This document shows, piece after piece, positions 35,961 through 48,399 of a DNA stretch of 64,000 bases. Position numbers and translations under genes: made by a program. The notes under the pieces were generated by a model. It saw nothing but the letters and a program-made list of their open reading frames with translations, was not told the origin of the DNA and did no database searches. This DNA is from Prorocentrum cordatum (lineage: Eukaryota), in the NCBI GenBank assembly GCA_963575745.1, contig CAUYUJ010000228.1, positions 1 through 64,000 of the forward strand. The letters run 5' to 3'. Positions within the stretch are counted from its first letter, which is position 1. Each line of letters begins with the position of its first letter.

Positions 35961-38900
35961 CAGGGGGGGCCTACTAGTCGGGCATGCGCGCGGCAAGGGG
36001 AGGGTGGAGGAGGATGGGGGCGCCCCCAGAAACCAGCACAACTTTTCAGAGTGACCAGATTTGGCATTCTGGCGCGTCCACTCCGCGCAGGCGCGGTGGC
36101 GGTTTTGCCTTTGGCATCCGCCCGCGAAGCCCGACCGTTTGCAAGGAATTATACAGTCCGGTCTTTCGGTTGGTTCGATGCCGCGATTGCATCTGGCGCG
36201 CCTGAACCGCAGCGAGGGCCGCACCGAACCTCGCGCAATTGGCAGATTTCGTCAGGAGGGAAAGCTCCGACTCTAGCGCCGCCGCGAGGATTCCGCGGGC
36301 TGCGGCTAGCGACTAGGAAGACGCCGTCGCCGCGGCCCAGTCGGGCGCGGCGATGCAGACAACAGCGAGGTAGGGGCTTCGCCAGTTGCGGGGTTGGGAT
36401 GGGGTCCAGCGACTCGCTGCGCGGGGCCCAGCAGCTCGCTGCGCCGCAGGGTGGGCCCTCTGAGTGGTTTCCCATGCTTTATCTTCTTACAACCTTCCAC
36501 CGCGGAAGTGTCGGCTCGAACAGCGCTGGGGCCCCAGGCGCGGCTGGCGGCCCGTGGCCGAGCGGCGCAGGCGCGGCCCGTGGCCGAGGCGGCAGTCGCT
36601 GCGCTGCTGGGGCCGATCTCTTTCATCGCGCGATACCCGAATATGTCAAACTCCGCGCGTCTGGTCGGCCCGTCCAGGCACAGTGCCGAAGAGGGTGAAC
36701 AATGGGAGCGAGTTGGGCAGAGGGGTGGGCTGGCGGTGGTGGCATGGGAAGTGCGGGGTCGGTGTGAGGGAGAGCGGTTGTGTGGATAATGTGATGGGGC
36801 GGGGGTGGGGCGGCGGGGGTGGGGGGAGGTGGGGTGGCGGAGCGGGCGGTGGGAGCGGTGGGCGGCGGGCGCAGGAGGTGAGTGTGAGGGGGCGCGGGGG
36901 TGGGCGGGGGGCGATGGCGGAAACCGTGGAGGACGTTGCGGACGACAGGGGTAAGAGGATGGTGATCGGGGAAGGGGTGGGTCGCCCAATGGGCCCGTTG
37001 GTTCCGCCCGCTTGGCCCGCCTGCAATGCGCGGTTTCGATTTCCTCGTCGCGGGATGTCCACCCCGCAGGGCCGAAAAGGCCACCGCGCCATAAGTTCAT
37101 CCCCAGAGGTCTCCTACCGCCCCCCCCACCCCCCCCCCTCCCCCCCGCACTTCCCCGCCATAGTCTACGCGATGCTGGAAAACCATGTCAATTTTCCGAC
37201 GCGCGCGGGGGGGCGCGCACGCGCCGCCGTTGCGCCTTTGCGGCGTTCGTCAACTGCAATCGGCATTTTCTCGTAAACGCAGCGTGCGCAACTGGTACGC
37301 GCAACGTGTTGCGTGATTTTTTGTTGTGCGGCGGGCGTGCCAGGCCGCGGTGAGGTTCTGCATGTAGTAGTTTATACGATATTAGTACATCGGTATGATT
37401 TATTTTCTACGATTGCATTACCATTTCGTTTGCGGGGCTTACCGCGCGCGTTCCCTGTACATTTGCCCTTTCTAATGTTTCGCGCGGTTGTATTGCATTG
37501 TGTCGTTGTGCACCTTCACTGCGTCACAACGCAAAGCCCGCCATCTGTAAGGATACATATGGTATTTCTCGAATTATTCGGTTGGGCTCGCGCGGTTCTG
37601 AGCGTGGTGTTGGAAGAGCGGCCCTCCCGCATTTGATCATCTTTTCTCGCGTGCCCCCATCTACCAATGATCTCTCCTCCGACCTTTCCCCCCGCCCTCC
37701 CTGTGCCACCTTGCCGCCCTCCCCCCGCCTCCCTCTCGTGCCGCAAATCCCATGGCGCCCGCCCCATCTTCCCTTCCACCCTCACACATCCTTGTTTCAT
37801 GTGAAGTTTATGTTTTCTTTCCCTTGCAGGAACGGTGGCGCCCCCGAGCTTCTGCAGTGAGTTCGAGGTTTCGTTTCCCGCTGGCAAGCTCGCCGCGCGG
37901 GTCCTGGCGTACCTTACCAAGCACAGCAAGGTTGACAAAGTGAAAAAGTTCACCGCTGAGGTCGCGCGCAACATCGAGGTTAGGTCCTCCATTGTCGGCG
38001 AAGATGACTACTACCGCATCGATGGTGAGACTGCCCCACCAGGCCCAGAGTGCTGGCAGCTCGGGTATTGCGTGTGCGCGCAGGAGGGCAAGGCCAGGCG
38101 AGCCATGACCAACGCATTCCTCACCAAGGTGCTCACAGAAAAATGCAAAACTGGGACCGTGGGGAGATCGCTGATCGATGAGAGCTACATGGTTTTCTCA
38201 ATCGATGGGTGGCACGAAGATGAGGCTGGCAACTTTGACACGTTTTCGGGGCACTACCATTGGAGTCACATGTATTGGTCACCGATGTCACCATCACTCA
38301 CGCAGTTGGAACTGCTATCGACGGAGGCGGATCGCAGTATCATCGTGAAGTCGACTGGCAAGCAGCTCCTTCTTCACGAACTCATGGCCGAGCTCGACAA
38401 CAATATGCGTTTTGATGTGGCGCTATACTTCATCGACGAACAGCCTAAGATGTTGCAGCATTGGGTATGTCACACTGTGACTGCTAGGCCTTTCGTCGAC
38501 GACCTCGGCGCCGACGGCGATGATGACATCACGTTCTGGCCCTTCCGTAAAGCCAAACGGAAGGGAATGGACAGGTGGAGGGCTGGCCGCCCCAAACGAC
38601 CAAAGAAAGCTACAGATGCGGGTGGTCCTGCGCCGCTTGAGGATGGGCCTGAACCGTGCCCTGAAGACCCGCCCGCATCCGACCACGCTGAGCTAATTGA
38701 TGCAGTGGTTGCATTGGAGAAGGAGGCAGAGCATGATGGCTTTGTTCTGCCCGACCCTCACGGTGGCCATTCTGGGAGCGACGGTCGCGGTGGAGAGGGC
38801 GGCGGCGAGGTGGACAGCGACGAGTTCCTCGACGGGCTGTTCAGCGAGTCGTCGGGCGTCGATGGCGCCCCAACCGACCTCTTCGGCGAGGGCTCTGGCG

Positions 38901-39022
38901 ATGACGGGCGCCCTCCACGTGGACCCTGGGGTAAATCACACATCCGCCTCGGCCCCTCCTCGGGGTCACGGGGCGGGGCGGTGGTGGAGGTCTTCGTCGT
39001 CGTCGTCGTCGTCGTCGTCGCT

Positions 39023-39065
<43 letters not shown>

Positions 39066-42000
39066 TCCGTCGTCGTCGTCGTCGTCGTCGTTGTCGTTGT
39101 CGTCGTCGTCGTCGTCGTCGTCGTCGTTGGCTCCCGAGCGAATCGCGAGGCGCGGCGACGACGACGACGACGATGACGACGGCCCAAGGGTGGGAGGGCG
39201 GCGTTTCGAAGTTGTGGTCATGCTATCGGGGCCTATCGCCGAGCTATCGGCGATGTATTGCCGATTCCATGTTGATGTTTCCCCCCCTCGAGCTTGTCCC
39301 CCTCCCTTAACGGCGCCCTTCGGTTTTCGGGTCATAACTTGGCTTTCTGGCGGCCGTTCGGGACGATTCGGGCACCCCTGGAATGCTCTCGGCGAGACGC
39401 AGCTGCTTGAAGGCATCCCGGGCTGGGAGACCGCCGTGAAGCGACGAAACCACACAGAACCTCGAGCCTCGAACCTCGAAGCCTGAAGTGGTTTCCTCAT
39501 CACAGAGCTAGGATGCAACTCCTGGGAGGTTATGTTTCGGCGCTGGTATATCCGTGGTCGAAATCTAGCCCACTTCGGCAACAGCCCGCATCCTCCCTGT
39601 TATTTCCGTTTCGTCCGGCGTAATCCCCTTGTAATGCTTGGCGTACTCTGGGCGGATCTGGCTTACTGGTGCTTTGAAGGGTCTAGTAGCTCTGAATCGT
39701 TCTTACGAGGACCTCCTAGAGGTCCCTCCCCTCCAATTGGGGACGGGCGTTTCGAGACCCGAAGGGAACAGCTTGAATTCACATCTAGAGTGGTAATTCG
39801 GCCAATGGGGCCAAGGCCATGCCGGTGGGAATGGGGATCGGTTAAAAGATGCTCAGCGGTCCATCCCAGGCGAAATCCGGCTAAACCTTATTGGGCCATT
39901 AATCCATTCCAATCGTTCTTAATCATTCTCACGAAAGTTTCCCGGAAGTTGCCTTCCAACGCAGTGAACGAAAAACATATCCGTATCCGCGGCCTCGCGG
40001 GCGGGGCCCCTTGGCCGCGACCCCACGGACGTGGGGCGTTTTTTGTCGCGGATGCTCGGCGCGGAACGTGCCCGTGTGATCGCATGCCCGCCGGATCGCG
40101 CCATGGAATCCATGCCGCAAAGGCGCGGATACGGATATGTTCGTCGCTCGTGGTAAGTGGGGTTTCGTACAGGGAGGGTTATCCCAAAGTGAGATTAGGG
40201 AACGCACTCAACTGGATGCTCACATTTCCTTCCTCCAGACGCCGTTTACAGCGATTGCCCTCCCAATCCCACCTCTGCCTTCATACCCCACCACTGCGCC
40301 CCCCCAAGGTAACCCACCACAGAGGGCAACAGAGAGGGGCCCTGCTCGGGACTTGCCGTCTTGGGGTCCTCTTTGGCGCTCTGGTGCCCCGCTCGGCTGG
40401 CTGGCCTCGCCTCGGGGGCCGTCTCTGGGGGGCCATCCGGATTTTTTTTGGGGGGCCGTCTGTGGGCGACCTTTGGGCCTCGTGGGGGCCGTTTCGGCTT
40501 TTGTGGAGCTCAGAATGGCGAGGTTGCGAAAACACGTTCAAACAGAAAGTTGGAGTTTACGATTTGTGCTCACTGGGGCCCTCCTGGGGTCCTCTTGGTC
40601 TTGGAGGCCCTTTGGGGCCGTCTTGGGGCCATCGGTGCCAAGGTGGGACTCTTGCGTTTGGCAGGCTTTCCGGAGGCGGGTCCACTGGACGGTCGTGCGG
40701 TTTGTCGCCAGGATACTGCAGTGCAAGGTCATACCGATAAGTATGATAACACAACAGCAGCAATTCTATTATACATAAGATGATTTGTATTTTTCTTTCA
40801 AAACGTGCACATTCTAGATGCTCGTTTTGGGGATTTTTCTGGGGCCCATGACAGGGATCTGTTCGACTCTACTCCAAATTTATTTCGCGTCGTGTTCGAC
40901 TCTAGGTCGGCTCAAGTTCGACACAAGTCGATGGACGTTCGACGCAGTATCGACGCATAAGCTGCAGCGAGTGGCTTCAGGAAGATCCCAGACCGAGCAT
41001 CCAACTAACAAATGTCATACAGTGCATCAGCCAGTAAACTCAGAAAGCGCTGTCGCTCAAAACGTCACTCCGCCTCGCTTCCGGAAGTGGGATTCTCTCG
41101 CTCCGCGGGGTGCACGTCCAGATCGCGTAACGTCTGTAAATGAGCTGTTTTTTCTTCGCTCGTCTGCCCGTGCTGGTCTTCCATGCTGGCGAGCCCTTTG
41201 GGAGGTGTATCGGGGGCCTCTTGGAGGCTTCCTGGAGGCTTCTCGGATGCCTTCTTGGGGTTCTCTTGGCTCCTGTTGGAGGCGTTGTTTGGGCCTTTGC
41301 GTGCCTCTTGGGTCAATCTTGGGGGGAAAGACGCCCAAGGTCAGTTCGATTCCACTTTATGGGGCCTCCTGGGGGCCTCGGGCCGTCTTGGACGGTCTGT
41401 TAACGCAACAGGCGAATCTTTACAATCTTAAATAATGCTTCAATGATTCTGGACTCCTGGGCCGCCCCCCCCCGCTGGCGTCCAACATGGCCCAAGAGTT
41501 TCCCAGAAGAGCTTCAGAACGGTCCCCCCTAAGACCATCTCAGGACACGTCGGACGTGTGGGCTCCAACGTGCGCCCCCGAGGCATCTGGAAAAGTCTCG
41601 CGACGCATCCGAAGAGCAACCTGTCCGTCCACGAGCCCCGCAAAAAGCTGCCTGACCTTGCAGCTGGTGCCGAAGCGCTCCTCAAATACGTTTCTGTCTG
41701 CGCTCTGGCCCAGGCCAGGTCCTGGCGGTTCGCCCAGGTGGGACGCGAGATGGGGCTCCGGAGAAGGCTCCGCAGGCTTCTCTCAGAAGGCGGGAGGCCT
41801 TCTGAGCCTTCCGCCCTGGCCGCGCAGCCGCAGGCCAGGAGCCTGCGTGACGCGGCCCGTGCGCCCGTGCTCGTGCGCCCGTGCCCGCGCCCGCACGCGC
41901 CCGTGCGGCGGCGTGCCCGGCCGTGCGCGGGCGCGGGCGCTGCTGTCCAGCGGATGGCGGCAGGCAGCGCGCAGTTCGGGTGCTGCCAGATGTGGTTCTG

Positions 42001-42157
42001 GGAGCCCCCCCCAGCTTTTCGCGGAATGTTGGAGCCCCTGGGGCCCTTCGGGCCTCGTGAGGGGCGCTCTGGAGGCCGTGGGGGGCCTCCGGAGGACAAT
42101 ACAGGCCAGGAACACCTCTGGCAACACCCAACCAGGGAGGAGCAGAAAGAAGAGGAA

Positions 42158-43890
42158 GTTGATGTTGTTGTTGTTGTTGTTGAACATTATTACTTCTAAA
42201 GAATAATTATTGTTGGGGCCCCTGGTGCACGGCCCCCTCGCCGCGCCTAGGCCGCAGCCATGTTTTCATCATTTTCGTGAGGAAGTCTCCGGCAAAACGG
42301 GTTGGTCCGGATCCGGTTGTTTTGTTACGGGCGTTTTCCCTTGCAAAAAAAAGGCAAAGTGGACATTTCTTGTTCTAACATAACCAAACTTCAAGAATCC
42401 CTTGCAAAAAATAAGGTAAAGTGACATTCGCGCGCGCAAGACGAAATCCTTCCAAAACCTTAGTGTTCGAGCGATTTTAACATAAAAACATCAAAAAACC
42501 AATGGTTTTTCAACAAAAAAATGTCAAAATCTCATCCCGCGCGCTCTTGCGGATTCGTAGGAAACCCAACACTTTTTAAACATTTCTGTCAAACGGGCTT
42601 TTGCGAGCAACTTTTTCACGTGCTTCGAACTTCTCCAACAACGGTTGCGCACCTGCCAGGGCCATCATCCCTGTCAAATAATACCATGCGGGACACATTC
42701 GTTTTTTCTTCGCGCGCGCACGCCGAAATCTTCAAAAACCATGGCCCTGAATAGAAGCCAGGCACCGCGCAACATTAAATCATACGAACGCACCACATCC
42801 TGTCAAAAATCCATGCGGGACACATTCGTTTTTTCTTCGCGCGCGCACACGTCAGTGTAGTAGCCACGGTCGTCCGCAGGCCACGAAGTGAAGTGTCCGA
42901 ACGTCATAGGGCGGGAAGCTGGGTGTGGGTGGTGGCGAAGAGTCGTTTGGAAATTTGGTAGAGCTTGAACCGGCCCCCCCACAAAGTGGGGGTATTGCCC
43001 GCCTCCTATGAAAACCCTGGCACTGGTGAGAACGGAGTGTCCCCACGTGCTAGTAATTGTTGTTGTTGAACATTATTAATTCTAAAGAATAATTATTGTT
43101 GGGGCCCCCTGGTGCGCGCCCCCCCCGCCGCGCCTAGGCCGCAGCTACATTTTCATCATTTTCGTGAGGAAGCCTCAGGTAATTCGATGTGATCAAGATC
43201 CGGTTGTTTTGTTGTAATCCGTTTTCCCTTGCAAAAAACACTATAAAATGACATTTCTTGTTCTAATATAATCAAATTTCAAGAATCCCTTGCAAAAAAT
43301 AAGGTAAAGTGGACATTCGCGCGCGCAAGACGAAATCCTTCCAAAAGCTTAGTGTTCGGAGCGATTTTAACATAAAAACATCAAAAAACCAATGGTTTTT
43401 CAACAACAAAATGTCAAAATCTCATCCCGCGCGCTCTTGCGGATTCGTAGGAAAACCAACACTTTTTAAACATTTCTGTCAAACGGGCTTTTGCGAGCAA
43501 CTTTTTCTAACTTCTGCGACAACGGTTGCGCACCTGCCAGGGCCATCATCCCTGTCAAATAATACCATGCGGGACACATTCGTTTTTTCTTCGCGCGCGC
43601 ACGCCGTCGTCGTCGGCCGCGGGCCCTGAATAGTAGCCACGGTCGTCCGCATGCCACGAAGTGAAGTGTCCAACGTCATAGGGCGGGAAGCTGGGTTGTG
43701 GGTGGTGGCGAAGAGTCGTTTGGAAATTTGGTAGAGCTTGTAATGCCCCCCCACGAAGTGGGGGTATTGCCTGGTGTCGTATGAAAACCCTGGCACTGGG
43801 GAGAACACCACGCGTTCGGGTAAAATGATTGTTGTTGTTGTTGTTGTTGTTGTTGAACTCTCACTCCTGAAGAATAATTATTGTTGATCC
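42158..43890. repeat. Head-to-tail tandem of an ~0.8-0.9-kb AT-richer element punctuated by (TTG)n (two copies plus the start of a third)
   Basis: (ttg)n-aac...aagaataattattgttg recurs near 42170, 43060 and 43845. Bodies align (ORFs at 42521 and 43411 both start MSKSHPARSCGFVG). Confidence 0.9.
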
Positions 43891-44019
43891 CCCCCACCGG
43901 TGCACATTTATTTTTTTCGATTGAAGTGCCACCCCCGGGGCTCGCACCTTGTTTTTTCTCAAGGAAAGTCTTCCTGCTCAAACTGTGCCCCTGCCCCCCG
44001 GGCTACAACAACAACGGCT

Positions 44020-44361
44020 CCCGCCTGAGACTTCCTCGATTTTTACTCAGGACCCCCGCTCCCGCCTGAGACTTCCGCGCAATTTACTCAGGAAAGGCGC
44101 TCCCGTCTAAGACTTCCTCGCAATGTAATCAAGACCCCCGCTCCCGCCTGAGACTTCCGTGCAATTTACGTGGGAACGGCGCTCCCGCCTGAGACTTCTT
44201 CGAATTTTACTCAGGACCCCCGCTCCTGCCTGACATTTCCGCGCAATTGACTCAGGAACGGCGCTCCCGCCTGAGACGTCCTCGCAATTTAGTGAGGACC
44301 CCCGCTCCCGCCTGAGACTTCCGTGCAATTTGCTCAGGAACGGCGCTCCCGCTTGAGACTT
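44020..44361. repeat. 41-bp minisatellite, 8 units plus a partial unit, with alternating A/B variants (82-bp higher-order period)
   Basis: cccgcctgagactt-like starts at 44020, 44061, 44102, 44143 ... 44348. Unit ends alternate between gacccccgct and gaacggcgct. Confidence 0.95.
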
Positions 44362-45124
44362 CATGATGATGATGGTGATGATGATGATGATTATGATGAT
44401 GATGTGAATGCTGATGATGCTGATGAGGTTGATGATCATGGTGATGATTATGGTGATGACGATGATGCTGATCACGATGATGATGATGATGATGCCTAAA
44501 AATATGATTATGGTGATGATGATGATGATGGTGGTGATGATGATGGTGATGATGGTGGCGACGATGATCCTGATGATGATAGTGACGATGATGATGATGA
44601 TGTTAATGCTGATGCTGCTGCTAGTGATGATGATGATGCTGATGATGATGATTCTGATGATGCCGACGATGATGCTGAGGATGCTGATGATGAAAACTAC
44701 GATACTGATGCTGCTCATGATGATGATTTGACGATGATGATGATGATGATGATGTTGGTGGTGGTGGTGATGATGATGATGATGCCGACGATGACGACGA
44801 CGATGACGATGGCGATGACGATGACGACGATGATGTTGATGATGGTGGCGATGATGATTATGTTGATGATGATTATTCTGATGCTGGTGCTGATGACCAG
44901 GATGATGCTGATGCCGATCAGGATGAGAAGGATGCTGCGGATGATGTTGTTGATTATGATGAGGATGCTGATGCTGTGGATGATGGTGATGATGACGATG
45001 ATGAGTATGATGCTGTGATGATGCTGATGATTATGCGGATGCTGCTGCTGATGATGATGATGATGCCGACGATGACGACGACGACGATGACGATGGCGAT
45101 GAGGATGACGACGACGACGACGAC

Positions 45125-45155
<31 letters not shown>

Positions 45156-45243
45156 ATGGTGATGACGATGACTGTGGCGATGATGATGATTATGGTGATG
45201 ACGATGACTGGCGATGATGATGAATGTGATGAATGTGATGACA

Positions 45244-45276
<33 letters not shown>

Positions 45277-46452
45277 GTGATGGTGATGGTGATGGTGATG
45301 ATGATGTAGATGCTTACGATGCTAATGATTGTGATAATGACGATGATGATGTTTCTGATGTCTATGATGATGCGGCTGCTGATGATGATGCTGCTGATGC
45401 TGATGCTGATGATGCGATGATGCTGATGATGATGGCGATGACGATCATGACGACGATGATGACATTGATGAGGATGACGACGATGATGATAATGATGCTG
45501 ATTTATATTTGATGATGAGGATGAGGATGATGATGAGGATGCTGATATGATGATGATGATGGTGATGCTGATGATGATGATGATTGTGATGATGATGATG
45601 ATACTGATGAGGATGATTCTGATAGTGCTGATGCAGATGATGATGATGATGATGTTGATGATGAGGATGATGATGATGATGGTGCTGATGCTGATGCTGA
45701 TGGTGATGTTGGTGATGATTATTATCATTATCATTATGCTTATTATGAGTATTATCATTTTGATTATTTCAATTACCATCAATTAGTATTATGATGCTGC
45801 TCATTGATATCGTGATGATGATGGTGATGAGGATGCTGATGATGATGGTAGGGGGGTGATGCTGATGTTTTGATCATGGTGATGATGAGGATGATGGCGA
45901 TGCTGCTGCTGATGATGATGATGTTGTCGATGTTGATGTTGATGTTGATGCTGATGCTGATGATGATGATGGTGATGACGACGACGACGATGGTGATGAT
46001 GATGCTGCTGATTATGATGATGACGACGATGATGATGCTGATATTGAGGATGACGACGACGATGATGATGATAATCATGATGATGCTGATGTGGTCATGC
46101 TGAGGATGAGGATGATGATGAGGATGATGATGGTGATGAGTATGATGATGGTGAGGATGCTGCTGCTGCTGATGATGATGATGGTGAGATGATGATGATG
46201 CTGCTGATGATAAAGATGATGATGAGGATTGTGAGATGATGATGATGATGGTGATGCTCATGCTGATGATGATGATGATGATGATGATGATGTTTATGAT
46301 GATGATGCCGTTCATGGTTGGATGGATGATGATGATGTTGATGTTTTTGATGATGATGATGATGATGCTGCTGATGATGATGATGATGATGATGCTGATG
46401 ATGATGATGATGATGATGATGCTGACGATCATGATGCTTTGGATTATGATGA
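44362..46452. repeat. About 2.1-kb degenerate (GAT)n microsatellite
   Basis: GAT/GCT/GAC/GGT triplets; source of the poly-M/I/H/D ORFs. Confidence 0.97.
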
Positions 46453-46485
46453 GCAGGTGGCGGAGGAGAAGGAAGCGGAGGGGAC

Positions 46486-46627
46486 TCAGTACTTCGGATT
46501 CGTGTGTCCTTGAAGCGGTCCCAGGAAGGAATCTCTGTCGCGGACGTGCAGGCCAAAGAGGGCCAGCTCACGGCGGGTATGGTAGACCGCCGAATCGTTC
46601 GAGATACGGCTCGCGATTGAACGGAGC
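46486..46627 (-). CDS. Tentative terminal exon of an unknown gene
   Basis: (CCT)n-ccctcCAG|G acceptor, then LRSIASRISNDSAVYHTRRELALFGLHVRDRDSFLGPLQGHTNPKY-stop. A unique island between microsatellites; no homology recognised. Confidence 0.25.
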
Positions 46628-48399
46628 CTGGAGGGGGAGGAGGAGGAGGAGGAGGAGGAGGAGGAGGAGGAGGAGGAGGAGGAGGAGGAAGAGGAGGAGG
46701 CATCGGAGGAGGAGGAGGCAGTGGAATCGGAAGAGGCTGCATCGCGTAGGTTCGGCAGGTCCAGTTGTACCTTTCCGTGTTCATGAGGTCGCTGACGTGT
46801 AGTCTGAGCGCGGTAGCAACAGGACCCATTCCGCAGCCCACGCTCTGGTGGGTGTTCGCTCTCTCACTGCATTGGCGTTGTGGAGGTCGCCATCGGTCGC
46901 CGGCAGGGCTCCGCAGCTCCACTGCCGTCGAGGCCCGCCCGAGATTTTGTTATGGTAGCGCGTAAAGGGGGGCACCATCCCCCTTCGCTCCCCTCGCCCG
47001 TAGCCTGCGTTCCTTTCCCCCGCCCTCCCTCTCCGTATCCCTGCTTCCCCTGTTACCCTATCACCCCCCCTTCCCCCTCCACGACCTGTCCCGTTGAGCT
47101 GTCTGCTCATCTTTCTTCGACCCTTAGTGTCTTTTTTTCCTTTTTCTTCTCTGTTCTCCCCTCTTCCTCCCTCCCTGCCGTTCCCCTCTCTCCCTCCCCT
47201 ATCCAGTACGGTTCCCGCTCTGCCTTATTCCCTGCCCCTCTCCTTTCCTCCCCCATTCCTTCTTTTTTCTCGTTCCCCGCGTGACATGGCAATCTTAACA
47301 TGCTTTGCTTTTGACCAGCCCATGCCAGTCGCAAGTGGTATTCAGTGGCTCCTCGTCCGTAATGGCGTAATGCAAATTGCTATGGTGTGTCGATGCAGTT
47401 CCATCGTTGCATCTTCGTTTTTCGTGTAAGCTTGCCGAAACGATTTCGGAATTGCGATAGGCGGTATTATCGCTTTTGCGCCGTTCGGGCTTCCTTTAGG
47501 CTGCCTGAGGTATTGTACTTGCTGCTGTGGTGTCCTGGTGGGCGTGTACATGTTCGCCTTCAGCGTCCAGGAACGCGAAGGCAATGACCCGGCTTCTACA
47601 GGAAGCTTTCCGAGCATGGAATTCGTTGTACAACATCGTCTTCATCTCTCCATTTGGCGGTGATCAGTTGTCGGTGTTGCGGTGCCCATGCGGGCGTGTT
47701 CGCAGGCGTCTTGCGCGCTCCGAGGGGTGATTGAAACCAGAACGACTCAGCGTGCAAGTCCTTTTGCCTTCCTCGCCAACCCGTCTCACTCGCACGCTCC
47801 TCTGTTTGCGATGGCTCGCCAGCGGAAGTCTCGTTTATGGGGGCATGCGGACCACAGCGGGTATTGATCAAAGGGGTTCCAGGCGGAGTCTTGGGGTATG
47901 CCATCAATTGTATGCGGGTTATATTATATCAGTCCGGGGCTCGACATGCACGGTCATGTAGTTGTACGCTTCTGCTGCAGAGGATCCGTTGGACATCCCC
48001 GTGGCCAGTGCTGTGGGGCCTACAGTCTGCTTCGGCTAGGCGCTCATGCTTAGTTCGTGGTGTTTCTAGCTTTGTTTGCTTGCCTGATTCTCGCGTGAAG
48101 CAGCCGAATTCAGCCCAGCGTGGCGTGCCCTATCAGAGTTAAGCCTCCCTCGGCAGGTGGTCTTTGGCGGTCTTGGGTTGGCCGCGGGTGACCGCGGGGG
48201 ACTGCGGGGGACCGCCTGCAGAGAAGGGCCTCGCTGGAGTGAACCCAGGGCGTTTCGACCAGCTACTGGTCGAATGCGTACTTCAATGGCACCTAACCAT
48301 GCTGGGATGTTGGGTCCTTGTTTTGAAAGGACAGCGCCCCGCCTCTCACTCACTCCTCCTTCCTCCTCCCCTCATTCCTCCTCCCATCTTTGCCTCTGC

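Larger units (their letters stand above)
29710..37829 (+). other. Putative 8,120-nt non-canonical GA-AG spliceosomal intron in the transposase gene
   Basis: Donor GAAG|GACCTG at the point where coding-like sequence ends. Acceptor ttttctttcccttgcag|GA. Joining gives in-frame AGEFGEG-TVAPPSFCSEF. Internal exons cannot be excluded. Confidence 0.55.
24873..39486 (+). pseudogene. Large split DDE-type DNA transposase (hAT/MULE-like CxxH class); segments 24873-26928, 27606-27895, 29006-29709, 37830-~38930 and possibly 39310-39486
   Basis: Motifs in the expected order: YDETP (D at 25383), SDAASSN (D at 25767), CHVH (25840-25851), long helical insertion, PHQRFPYKLF, DIVHEELSNGRIRR (candidate E near 27825), RKRKK followed by an HMG-like segment, CWQLGYCVC. 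Disabled by a frameshift in the A-run near 25810 and a TGA at 26344. Confidence 0.7.

Noticed and set aside
44020..44361. CRISPR-like array (regular period, palindromic repeat)
   Set aside because: The whole 41-bp unit is repeated, so there are no unique spacers. No cas genes are present and the context is eukaryotic.
44107..46802. Long poly-Met/Ile/His/Asp ORFs
   Set aside because: Translations of a (GAT)n microsatellite.
47283..48150. Unique, moderate-GC stretch that could be a decayed gene fragment
   Set aside because: Short ORFs with stops in all frames and no motif I can recognise; it cannot be supported without a homology search.
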